Of a stretch of 64,000 nucleotides of DNA, positions 49,891 to 58,859 are shown piece after piece. The notes beneath the pieces are model-generated. The model saw nothing but the letters and a program-made list of their open reading frames with translations, had not been told where the DNA came from and did not search any database. Numbering within the stretch: the first letter of the stretch is position 1; each line of letters begins with the position of its first letter. Both the position numbers and the translations under genes were made by a program. Origin of the DNA: Spirochaetaceae bacterium (GTDB taxonomy: Bacteria > Spirochaetota > Spirochaetia > DSM-2461); assembly GCA_965224705.1 (NCBI GenBank), contig OZ245056.1:2656001-2720000 (forward strand), given 5' to 3'.

Positions 49891-51465
49891 ATGGAACGCA
49901 TGATTTTCATACTGGGATGCGGCGAGATGCAGATTCCTGCATTGAAATTATCAAAGGAGCAGGGCTGGAAAGTTGCTGCGGCTGATGGAAATCCTGATGC
50001 GCCGGGCCGTTTATACTGTGATGAATTCTATCATATTGACCTCAAAGACACCCGGAACCTTGTTTCAGCAGCAAGGAACTTAAGGAAGGGCAGGGGACCC
50101 GATGGTGTTTTTACTGCTGGAACTGATTTCTCCCATGCGGCAGCCCTTGTTGCCTCAGAACTGGGACTGCCCGGCCACAGAGTGGAAGCAGCTTTTTCGG
50201 CAACGGACAAAGTTCAGATGAGAAAGACTTTTGCGGCGGCTGGAGTGCCCTCTCCACCGTTCGCGGAGATTACGGCCGACACTGACCTGAATGAAGCTCT
50301 TCAGAATGTACCCGGGCCATGGGTTGTAAAACCCGTCGACAGCATGGGGGCCCGTGGTGTTGTGCGGATAGATGAAACGGATTTGCATGGGCATGAGATT
50401 CTCAGGGCTGTAGAGCGTGCAGGCAATTACTCACGCTCAGGACGGGTATTGGTCGAAACATACGTGGAAGGTCCTGAATTCAGTCTGGACGCATTGATTG
50501 AAGGGGATCGGATTATTCGATGCGGTCTTGCCGACAGGATAATCAAGTATCCTCCATATTTTGTTGAAATCGGTCATACAATTCCATCCGCTGTCAACAG
50601 GGAATCAGCAGAATCGATCTGGAAGGTCTTTGAGGATGGAATCAATGCACTGGGACTGACCTGGGGTGCGGCCAAGGGTGATATCAAGCTGACTCCCCGG
50701 GGACCTGTGATTGGAGAGATTGCCGCAAGACTGTCAGGAGGCTATATGTCCGGGTGGACCTGGCCGGAAGCTTCTGGAGTGAAGCCGACACTGGGAGGCC
50801 TGTATCTTTCAATGGGTTTGAAACCGGGAGACATGTCACCGAAGCGCAGTCTCATCTGCGCGGAGAGGGCATTAACAGGGATCAGCGGCACTGTCCAGAG
50901 AATTGATGGCAGGGAAGATGCCTTGAAACTTCCTGGAATTCAAGAAGTCTTTCTGCGGTGTAAACCTGGAGATACTGTTAAATTCCCTGTCAACAATGTT
51001 GAAAAAGTTGGCAGTATTATCGCGGTTGGCGATGGGTATATTGAAGTGGGGAATCGAGTGAAGAAGGCCCTGCAGACTCTGAGACTCATTCTTGAACCAT
51101 CAGATGGAACGACCGGGGATTTTCTGGATTCCTTTGATAAATTCCCGCCAGATGCTTTTGCTGTCAATGGTTTTTTCGACCGCCTGTGGCAATCGCACCC
51201 TCCCTGCCCGTCGAAAGGAAGTTCATTGATCAAACCTCCAGTTTTTATTCCCATGAATCTACCAGAATGCAGGGACTACACTGGACGAACTATGGAAGAT
51301 GTCATATATCTCATGGAAAAAGAAGGCTGTTTGAGTATCGTAAAGGAAGAAAAAAGAGAGATGGATTATTCGTATCAGTCCAGTTTCTGGAAAGCACTGG
51401 TTCGCGGCAGTTCTCCGGGACTGAGGTGGTTTCTCGATAAGGGAAAACAGTGCCTCACCCGGTAA
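49891..51465 (+). CDS. ATP-grasp domain ligase
   Basis: TDKVQMR, VVKPVDSMGARGV, VETYVEGPEFS, GEIAARLSGG. Confidence 0.85.
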   Translation: MERMIFILGCGEMQIPALKLSKEQGWKVAAADGNPDAPGRLYCDEFYHIDLKDTRNLVSAARNLRKGRGPDGVFTAGTDFSHAAALVASELGLPGHRVEAAFSATDKVQMRKTFAAAGVPSPPFAEITADTDLNEALQNVPGPWVVKPVDSMGARGVVRIDETDLHGHEILRAVERAGNYSRSGRVLVETYVEGPEFSLDALIEGDRIIRCGLADRIIKYPPYFVEIGHTIPSAVNRESAESIWKVFEDGINALGLTWGAAKGDIKLTPRGPVIGEIAARLSGGYMSGWTWPEASGVKPTLGGLYLSMGLKPGDMSPKRSLICAERALTGISGTVQRIDGREDALKLPGIQEVFLRCKPGDTVKFPVNNVEKVGSIIAVGDGYIEVGNRVKKALQTLRLILEPSDGTTGDFLDSFDKFPPDAFAVNGFFDRLWQSHPPCPSKGSSLIKPPVFIPMNLPECRDYTGRTMEDVIYLMEKEGCLSIVKEEKREMDYSYQSSFWKALVRGSSPGLRWFLDKGKQCLTR

Positions 51466-52499
51466 AGGCTCTCAGTCACACTTCCGGTTTCCTGTTGACA
51501 GCCCTTGTTTTGTTGACAGTAGCCCAGTCGGTAGAGCTTTACGGAGAATCAATGTCCCTTGAGGAACTCCTGCAAAAGACAGGAGTTACGATGAAATGGG
51601 ATTCTCTTCGATCTGCAGGGCGGTTAAGTCGGGATGGAAATACGGTTGTATTTCGTCCAGGTGATCCCTGGATGGTTCTGAACGGTAGAAAACTCCTGGT
51701 ATCCGGCACTGTCATCGAAAGAAATGGCCAGTTGATTTTTTCCGAAGAAGCTGTGAACACACTGCTGGAGATATACAGAGTTGAAACAGAGCCTTCCGGC
51801 TACAAACTGACCACAATACTGATCGATCCAGGACATGGCGGCCGGGATACAGGTGCTCTGAGGCATTGGACGGTTGACGGTGTCCAGATTCCACTTGCTG
51901 AAAAAGATGTTGTTCTGGATATAAGTCTGCATCTGGCTGAAAAACTCCGGGCTCTCTATCCCGGCAAAAGCATAATTCTAACACGCGACAAAGATGTGTA
52001 CCCAACGCTGGAGGAAAGGGTGCACATGGCCAACAATGTCAGTCTGGCAGCCCGTGAAGGAATGGTTTATCTCTCCATACATGCCAATGCTTCTTTGAAT
52101 TCCAGGGCAGAAGGCTATGAAGTATGGTATCTTCCAAGGAACTACCGCCGTAACATCGTTAATGCCTCCCTGTTCGGCCGCAAGGCAGATTCAATCGCTT
52201 CCATTATCAATGCACTCTGGGAAGAAGAGTATACACATGAAAGCATACATCTTGCGGACTTGATTCTTGAAAATCTGCAAACCTTACTGGGGCCCGATAT
52301 ACCAAACCGGGGCCGCCGGGAAGAAAGCTGGTTTGTTGTCAGGAATGTCAAAATGGCATCCGTACTCATTGAGGTAGGATTCATATCGAATCAATATGAG
52401 GCATCCCGCCTTGCCCATCTTGATTACTTGAGATTGATTACCGAAGGTATATATAATGGAATCCGTGACTTTGTCAACTATTTTGAAAACAGGGAGTAA
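51450..52499 (+). CDS. N-acetylmuramoyl-L-alanine amidase (Amidase_3)
   Basis: IDPGHGGRD, EKD, LTRD, SIHAN, LIEVGF. Confidence 0.92.
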   Translation: MPHPVKALSHTSGFLLTALVLLTVAQSVELYGESMSLEELLQKTGVTMKWDSLRSAGRLSRDGNTVVFRPGDPWMVLNGRKLLVSGTVIERNGQLIFSEEAVNTLLEIYRVETEPSGYKLTTILIDPGHGGRDTGALRHWTVDGVQIPLAEKDVVLDISLHLAEKLRALYPGKSIILTRDKDVYPTLEERVHMANNVSLAAREGMVYLSIHANASLNSRAEGYEVWYLPRNYRRNIVNASLFGRKADSIASIINALWEEEYTHESIHLADLILENLQTLLGPDIPNRGRREESWFVVRNVKMASVLIEVGFISNQYEASRLAHLDYLRLITEGIYNGIRDFVNYFENRE

Positions 52500-52511
52500 T
52501 AGACAGTTTTA

Positions 52512-52994
52512 ATGCAGCAAAGGAAATTCTCTGGACCTCTCATCCCATTATCCCTGATAGCTTTATTTTATTTTACAAGCATTCTTCTATACTTCATCCT
52601 GCCGCCCGATACTCGCGGGTATGTTTTTAGATATCCAGTCAATACAGGAGAATCCAATGGATCTGAAAGGAGAGATGTCCCGTCCAGAGTTAATCTTGAG
52701 GAGCAGATTGAGGTGTATCTCAAAGAGTTGTTCACAGGCCCAATTACCCTGGCTCTTTCACCAACAGTTCCCCGGGGTACGAAGCTGAATCATGTCGCAG
52801 TAATCGAAAGAATCACCTACATTGACCTTGGAATCAGGATGTTGTCCGCAGCTTCTGAGTTGTCATTCTCATTTGATGCCGCTCTTGAAAACATACGATT
52901 TAATCTGCTTTTCAATTTTCCAGGACTGAAGGATGTTGTGTTCACAATTGAAGGCCAACAAGTTAATACAACCCCTTTTTTTCAAGAAAAGTAG
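52512..52994 (+). CDS. GerMN-domain membrane protein
   Basis: TM, ELFTGP...P.GTKL...YIDL...VFTIEG. Confidence 0.7.
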   Translation: MQQRKFSGPLIPLSLIALFYFTSILLYFILPPDTRGYVFRYPVNTGESNGSERRDVPSRVNLEEQIEVYLKELFTGPITLALSPTVPRGTKLNHVAVIERITYIDLGIRMLSAASELSFSFDAALENIRFNLLFNFPGLKDVVFTIEGQQVNTTPFFQEK

Positions 52995-53033
52995 AAAAAA
53001 AATGAAAAAGCCTGAAAATTTCGAGCTGATTCG

Positions 53034-53062
53034 TTGACAGTTGGGTTTCAAAATTGTAGTTT
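53034..53062 (+). promoter_or_regulatory. putative sigma70 promoter of flaA
   Basis: TTGACA-17nt-TAGTTT. Confidence 0.55.
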
Positions 53063-53107
53063 TTACAGGTAAATATCCAAATCTTCATTTTGAAAAAGGA
53101 GCCTTCT

Positions 53108-54082
53108 ATGAAAAAGTTTTTCTTTTCTCTCATCGCTATTCTACTCTTAACAGGTATTGCATTTTCCGAGGAGAGCGTTTTACTTGATTTCAGTGAGTTG
53201 ATTGATGACTATCAGGGGGAACATCAGGCAACAGTTATAGACTTCAGTATGTTTGCAGGGACTCAGTTCACTGAGGATGAAAAACAGAAAATGATAACAT
53301 CATTATTAATCCCCAACTGGGAAGTCAAGTTCTCATCTTCATCTCAAACAGTCCTCAATAATGAATTGTCCTACACAAAATCTGTTACTGTCGCGGATAC
53401 ATCTTCTCAATTTGCCGGAGAGCAGGTTATGGGAGTACGAGTCCATTTTCCAGAACTTCCATTTAATTCCTATGCATGGGTAAAACCACCATTTGTAATT
53501 CCCGCATTTTCAACCAATTCCGTTGTGAATGATGCACCCAGAGGTACTCAGTTCAATGAATTGGGCACTGTGAAGAATGTCGGTGTATTGAGATCTCTTG
53601 AAATCAATGTATACGGCATGAATTACCCGATTGGTCTTGCCGTAGTCTTGAGAGATCAGGACGAACAATTCCACGAAGTGAAACTGGGTTATCTTGACTT
53701 TGATGGCTGGCGCAAGCTGGTATGGCAGAATCCAAATTATGTTCAGGATGTGCGCAACCGTGTTCTGGTAAGAAAATCACTTTATCCCCGCGAAGTCCCC
53801 TACGTGGTTCTGGACAGTATTCAATACTACAAAGATGCCATGAAAGAAGGCGGCGATTTCATAAGTTATGTTAAGGATATCGCAGTCACCTATGATCTTG
53901 CTGTGGTAACCGATGTGGATGAGGATCTTAAGCATGAAGAGATCTGGGGAATCCTGGCCGAAAGAGAGGAGGAACGCCGCAGATTTGAAACTTCTCGTTT
54001 AACCGACAAAGAAGTATTGCGGTTCCTTGAAGCGAAGAAAATGCATAAAGAAACTGAAGAACCTCAAGATGCAGTTCAGTAA
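53108..54082 (+). CDS. flaA: flagellar filament outer-layer (sheath) protein
   Basis: Signal peptide, GVRVHFP..FNS, KNVGV, GYLDFDGW..L.W.NPNY; SD AAGGAG; precedes cheA. Confidence 0.92.
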   Translation: MKKFFFSLIAILLLTGIAFSEESVLLDFSELIDDYQGEHQATVIDFSMFAGTQFTEDEKQKMITSLLIPNWEVKFSSSSQTVLNNELSYTKSVTVADTSSQFAGEQVMGVRVHFPELPFNSYAWVKPPFVIPAFSTNSVVNDAPRGTQFNELGTVKNVGVLRSLEINVYGMNYPIGLAVVLRDQDEQFHEVKLGYLDFDGWRKLVWQNPNYVQDVRNRVLVRKSLYPREVPYVVLDSIQYYKDAMKEGGDFISYVKDIAVTYDLAVVTDVDEDLKHEEIWGILAEREEERRRFETSRLTDKEVLRFLEAKKMHKETEEPQDAVQ

Positions 54083-54096
54083 TTGCTGAATTCCTG

Positions 54097-54130
54097 AAAA
54101 AGATCCGACAAAAGTCGGATCTTTTTTTTT
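54097..54130 (+). terminator. rho-independent terminator after flaA
   Basis: agatccgac-aaaa-gtcggatct hairpin followed by a T run, preceded by an A run. Confidence 0.85.
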
Positions 54131-54184
54131 GTTACAGAGTCATCATCTTCTAAAGAAATTGATTATCCAGTATACTCTTCCTGT

Positions 54185-56494
54185 ATGAGTGACTATTTGG
54201 ATCCAGGGAATGAAGAATTACTCAAGGATTTCTTTGTTGAAGCCCAAATGCAGGTTGAGCTGATAGAACAAAATGCCTTGGAGTTGGAGGATAATCCCGG
54301 GGATGAGGCTGCAGTTGATGAGATCTTTAGAGCGGCCCATACCCTGAAAGGCGGATCCGCAACTGTTCAAATGGATGAATTAACAGGTTTTACTCACAAA
54401 CTTGAAGATCTTCTGGATGAATTGCGGAAAGGACAGATTTCCATTGGGGAAAACCACATCAATGTTTTGCTCTCATCAGTTGATGTTCTCAAAGAGATGC
54501 TTTCCTCCAGAATGGAAGGCAATGTTTACAAGGATGATTACACAAGTGTTCTCCAGAATCTTGAATTAGTCTCGAATCAGTCTTCATCAATTCAAGCCGC
54601 CCCTCAAGTCACCCCGGAGAAGCCAGAAAAAACACTCCTGCCTGAGAAAATATCGGAATATGACAAACTGGAGATGATGTCTCTGGTCGGCGAAGATGAA
54701 AAAGTCCTCAAAATCCAGGTGTATTTCGACGAATCAAATCCGATGAAGACAGTCGGAAGTATTCAAATGATTGCCAAACTGAAAGATGTTGGCCAGATCC
54801 TGAAAACTGTTCCGGATTTTGATCTGCTCTATCAGGAAAATTTCTTCCCTGTAGTCGATTATTTTGTCTCTGTAAATAAAAGTGATTCGGTTCCAGAGAG
54901 TTTATTTCGTATCCCGGATGTTACTTCCAACATTGTCGTGCAAAGTATTGAAGATAGTATTGATAAAAGTGAACCCTCTTCCTTGAAACTTCAGTCAGAA
55001 CCTCAGAAAGAGACAAAACCACCAGAAACCCCGCCTGTAGCCGAAAAACCTGAAGCAAAAGTAGAAAAGCAGCCCAATCCTTCCCGTGATAACAGCGATG
55101 GTTCCATACTGAGAGTAAACAGTATGCGTATTGATAAGCTCCTGAATCTTGTCAGTGAATCAGTGATAACCAAAGCTTCAATTAATCAGATTGGTATTCG
55201 TTTTCAGAATATCATCCATGACTTGAACAGTAATGATTCAACCGCCAGTACCAGAAACAGTGCTCAGCTGAGTCGATTGCTGTCTCAATTGGAAAATCAG
55301 GCTGGATCCGGTCGGCAAACTGAACTTCCCAGAGAGGAGGTTCAGTCATTGTTTGATGATTTACACCAGAATTTTTCTAATCTGAAAACTGAGTTGAAGA
55401 GTGTTATTGACGATTTTCGTAATACATCGGCAGTACTGGCTCGTAACACCGGCGATCTTCATGGGGCTATACTGAGAATCCGTATGGTTCCTATCCGCCA
55501 GATATTCGGACGTTTCCCAAGATTGGTCAGAGACCTTTCAAAGAGCCTTAACAAAAAAATTGAGCTGATTGTTGAGGGAGAAAACACTGAGCTTGATAAA
55601 TCAGTTGCCGAAGAACTGCTTGACCCATTGATGCATTGCGTAAGGAATTCCATGGATCATGGTATTGAATCGGCTGATGTCCGCCGGGCAAGCGGCAAGT
55701 CAGAGCAGGGAAAACTGTGGCTGAAGGCTTCCAATGAAGGAAATAAGATTGTAATCGAAATTGAAGATGATGGAGGGGGGATTGATGTCGAGAAAGTAAA
55801 GCAGAAAGCTATTGACAGAAAGGTTATTCATCCGAACAAGATTCTGTCCAATATTGAGGCTTTTGACCTGATTTTCAGCCCTGGTTTTTCCACGGCATCA
55901 GAGATTACAAATATCTCAGGACGCGGTGTCGGCCTTGATGTAGTCCGCAAACAAATAGAAAAACTCAATGGCAGTGTCACAGTGAAATCAACACTGGGAG
56001 AGGGAACTGCCTTCATTATAAGATTGCCTCTTACAATGGCAATCATCCAGGGGTTGTTGATCAGTGTCGGTAAAGAAATCTATGCAATTCCTGTTACCAG
56101 CGTTTTAGAAAGCCACAGGATCAAATCCAATGAGATTGAGATTCTTGAAAACAATGAAGTAATCAATGTACGCGGCACCATTACAACTCTTCTCCGCCTG
56201 CATAAGCTTTTTAGAATTGAATCATCTGTAGATTCGGAGTATAGTAATGTTGTCATTGTGGGCAATGGAGACACCAAGATGGGTCTGATGGTTGACTCTC
56301 TCGTCGGCGAGGAGGATGTTGTTATAAAACCACTCAAAGATAGATATACAAACGCTCCGGGGATAGCAGGAGCAACAATTCTCGGAGACGGCACTGTTGC
56401 TCTTATCCTTGATATCAATCAATTATTGAGCATTACCCGCAGACCTGAACTGGAAAATGGAAATTGGGAAAAGATGAGTAATGGATCACGATAA
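54185..56494 (+). CDS. cheA: chemotaxis histidine kinase
   Basis: FRAAHTLKG, RNSMDHGIE, SGRGVGLDVV, C-terminal CheW domain. Confidence 0.96.
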   Translation: MSDYLDPGNEELLKDFFVEAQMQVELIEQNALELEDNPGDEAAVDEIFRAAHTLKGGSATVQMDELTGFTHKLEDLLDELRKGQISIGENHINVLLSSVDVLKEMLSSRMEGNVYKDDYTSVLQNLELVSNQSSSIQAAPQVTPEKPEKTLLPEKISEYDKLEMMSLVGEDEKVLKIQVYFDESNPMKTVGSIQMIAKLKDVGQILKTVPDFDLLYQENFFPVVDYFVSVNKSDSVPESLFRIPDVTSNIVVQSIEDSIDKSEPSSLKLQSEPQKETKPPETPPVAEKPEAKVEKQPNPSRDNSDGSILRVNSMRIDKLLNLVSESVITKASINQIGIRFQNIIHDLNSNDSTASTRNSAQLSRLLSQLENQAGSGRQTELPREEVQSLFDDLHQNFSNLKTELKSVIDDFRNTSAVLARNTGDLHGAILRIRMVPIRQIFGRFPRLVRDLSKSLNKKIELIVEGENTELDKSVAEELLDPLMHCVRNSMDHGIESADVRRASGKSEQGKLWLKASNEGNKIVIEIEDDGGGIDVEKVKQKAIDRKVIHPNKILSNIEAFDLIFSPGFSTASEITNISGRGVGLDVVRKQIEKLNGSVTVKSTLGEGTAFIIRLPLTMAIIQGLLISVGKEIYAIPVTSVLESHRIKSNEIEILENNEVINVRGTITTLLRLHKLFRIESSVDSEYSNVVIVGNGDTKMGLMVDSLVGEEDVVIKPLKDRYTNAPGIAGATILGDGTVALILDINQLLSITRRPELENGNWEKMSNGSR

Positions 56495-57809
56495 TAACAT
56501 AATTGTAAAAGAAACAATCAGTTCTCCTTCTCCATCCATGAGTTTCAAGATGGTAACTTTCACACTTGCCGGCAAGGATTATTCAATTGACATCATGAAA
56601 GTGAAGGAGATTATCAAGGCGTCAAAGTTCACATTCGTACCCAACTCAGCACCATTTGTCAAAGGTGTTTACAATCTTCGGGGAGATATTATTTCCGTCA
56701 TAGATCTTCGGAAGTTTTTCAATTTAACCTTTGAGGAATCGAAGTCCACCCTGGACAGTCTTATCATACTGCAATTGGAAAGCCTGGTCATTGCAGTTGT
56801 TGTTGACAAAATTGACAGCGTCTCAATCATTCCCTCCAGCGCACTACAGCCCCCACACCCACTCTTTGCTGATATCAATTTGAAGTATATAAAAGGCCTG
56901 ATTGAAGACAATGGCAAGATTTTTCTTTTGCTTGATGTAGAAAGAATCTTCGATCCGGAAAAACCGCTTGAAGGTGATGATCAGAAAAGAACTGATATCA
57001 CAGCACCAGCTTCATCCTCCACGCCTGACAGCATGAATGAGGAAGTTGATATTGGGTTTATTATTGAGACTCTGGCGAGGTTTGTATCCTTCCACGCTAC
57101 TTCGGTTAATCAGGATTGGGTGAGAAATCGCCTTAAATCATGGAAGGAATCCCATAACAGTAAAAATTTCCAACTCACCAGTGCTGCTGATGCCGAGAGT
57201 TTTTTGAGTTCATTCCATTCTCCTTATTCTGGAGCCTTCTGGAGTGAAGAATACATTGAAATCATAGCTTCTTTTCTGGATCCTGATACTCAGGGCGTAT
57301 TCCAGGTATGGAATCCTGGCTGTGGACGCGGATATGAAACTTACTCACTGGCCTGCATGCTGAAAAGACTTCTACCAGATGTTCATCTGCGCATCATTGC
57401 CCAGGATAATGATCTCATCAATATCTCCATAGCACCAAGTCTTTCAGTCGAACAAAAAGAAATCCCACCAGGTCCACTATATGAAAAATTTCTGGTGGAG
57501 AGTGTTAAAGGCCGACAATTCTCAAAGGAAATCAAGGATTCCATTCTATTTGAGTACCATGATATAACACATGAGCATACATTACCGGAACTGGATTTTG
57601 TTGTTATAAGAGATACTGTTTCCTATCTTACTCGTGAGCAGCAGAAGAAGCTGTTCTCAGTGCTGGATGAACAGATGAAACCCGGGGCACTGCTGCTGGC
57701 GGGAAAAAATGAAGTGCCATTAGATCAGGATGACTGGGAAAGGCTTGCAAAATCTGGAGTAGTAATGTATAAGAAGAAACTGAGTGGTAAACAGGAGGTT
57801 TTGCTGTGA
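56481..57809 (+). CDS. cheW: CheW with C-terminal CheR-like domain
   Basis: VPNSAPFVKGVYNLRG; WNPGCGRGYETYSLA. Confidence 0.88.
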   Translation: MDHDNNIIVKETISSPSPSMSFKMVTFTLAGKDYSIDIMKVKEIIKASKFTFVPNSAPFVKGVYNLRGDIISVIDLRKFFNLTFEESKSTLDSLIILQLESLVIAVVVDKIDSVSIIPSSALQPPHPLFADINLKYIKGLIEDNGKIFLLLDVERIFDPEKPLEGDDQKRTDITAPASSSTPDSMNEEVDIGFIIETLARFVSFHATSVNQDWVRNRLKSWKESHNSKNFQLTSAADAESFLSSFHSPYSGAFWSEEYIEIIASFLDPDTQGVFQVWNPGCGRGYETYSLACMLKRLLPDVHLRIIAQDNDLINISIAPSLSVEQKEIPPGPLYEKFLVESVKGRQFSKEIKDSILFEYHDITHEHTLPELDFVVIRDTVSYLTREQQKKLFSVLDEQMKPGALLLAGKNEVPLDQDDWERLAKSGVVMYKKKLSGKQEVLL

Positions 57810-58288
57810 GAGTTGAATACATCAATCCATTTGTTGAGTCAGCGTACGATGTCCTCAAAGAAGTTTTGAAGATGGAAGTTCATCGGAAAGATCTTTATTT
57901 GAAAAAGACATCCCAGCCAATAAATGGTATTGGAGCACTAGTTGGATTAGCAGGGGATGTTGAAGGTTGGGCATTGCTTGATATGGGCAGTGAAACAGCT
58001 ATAAGAATTGCATCCAGAATGAATGATGAAGAACTGACTGAGATGAATGATTTAGTTCAGGCAACTATCAGTGAACTGGCGAATATGATTACTGCCAAAG
58101 CTGTCACAAAGCTGTATGATCTTGGATTTAAGTTCGATTTAACACCGCCTTCCATTATAATAGGGAGTGAGATGCGTGTGACCAATGCCAATGTTGAAGC
58201 ACTTATAGTACCCCTGGAAGTCCCTCAGGGAGTTCTGGAAATAAATATTGCAATTAGCGAAAGAGATGGCAGGAGATCGTTGAAATGA
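57806..58288 (+). CDS. cheX: CheY-P phosphatase
   Basis: EYINPFV, ISELANMI, DLTPP. Confidence 0.92.
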   Translation: MRVEYINPFVESAYDVLKEVLKMEVHRKDLYLKKTSQPINGIGALVGLAGDVEGWALLDMGSETAIRIASRMNDEELTEMNDLVQATISELANMITAKAVTKLYDLGFKFDLTPPSIIIGSEMRVTNANVEALIVPLEVPQGVLEINIAISERDGRRSLK

Positions 58289-58722
58289 TTGATTCAAAGA
58301 GATTATTGACAGCCGGTGATGGTGTCCCTGGAGGAATCAGCAGCTCGGGAAAATCCTATCGAGTATTAATAGTGGATGATTCCATGTTTATTACCAAGCA
58401 GATTACCCAGATTCTTACTTCGGATGAATTTGAAGTCGTTGGAACAGCAGTCGATGGAATAGACGGTTTGTCAAAATACAAGGCACTTCATCCTGGCGTC
58501 GACCTGGTTACAATGGACATTACAATGCCCAAGATGGATGGTGTAACAGCACTTGAGAAAATTCTTGAGTTTGACAAAAATGCAAAAGTTGTTATGATCA
58601 GTGCTCTGGGTAAGGAAGATCTGGTTAAGAAGTCTTTACTTATTGGTGCAAAGAACTACATTGTCAAGCCCCTGGATCGAATCAAGGTGCTTGAACGCAT
58701 TACAAGTGTTCTGAATTCATAG
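58285..58722 (+). CDS. cheY: chemotaxis response regulator
   Basis: IVDDS, MDITMPKMDG, ISALG, YIVKP. Confidence 0.92.
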   Translation: MIDSKRLLTAGDGVPGGISSSGKSYRVLIVDDSMFITKQITQILTSDEFEVVGTAVDGIDGLSKYKALHPGVDLVTMDITMPKMDGVTALEKILEFDKNAKVVMISALGKEDLVKKSLLIGAKNYIVKPLDRIKVLERITSVLNS

Positions 58723-58739
58723 ACTTTTTCTACTGTTAA

Positions 58740-58813
58740 GGGCGGCTAGCTCAGTTGGTTAGAGTACGTGCTTGACATGCACGGGGTCACTGGTTCGAAT
58801 CCAGTGTCGCCCA
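58740..58813 (+). tRNA. tRNA-Val(GAC)
   Basis: Cloverleaf; CGTGC-TTGACAT-GCACG anticodon arm, GGTTCGAATCC T arm. Confidence 0.95.
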
Positions 58814-58859
58814 AAATCACAGCACATTCCGCAATTGCCGTCAGAACAGAAGTGGGCAG

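Noticed and set aside
56481..57809. CheW-CheR fusion as a novelty
   Set aside because: Known spirochaete feature within the canonical flaA-cheA-cheW-cheX-cheY operon.
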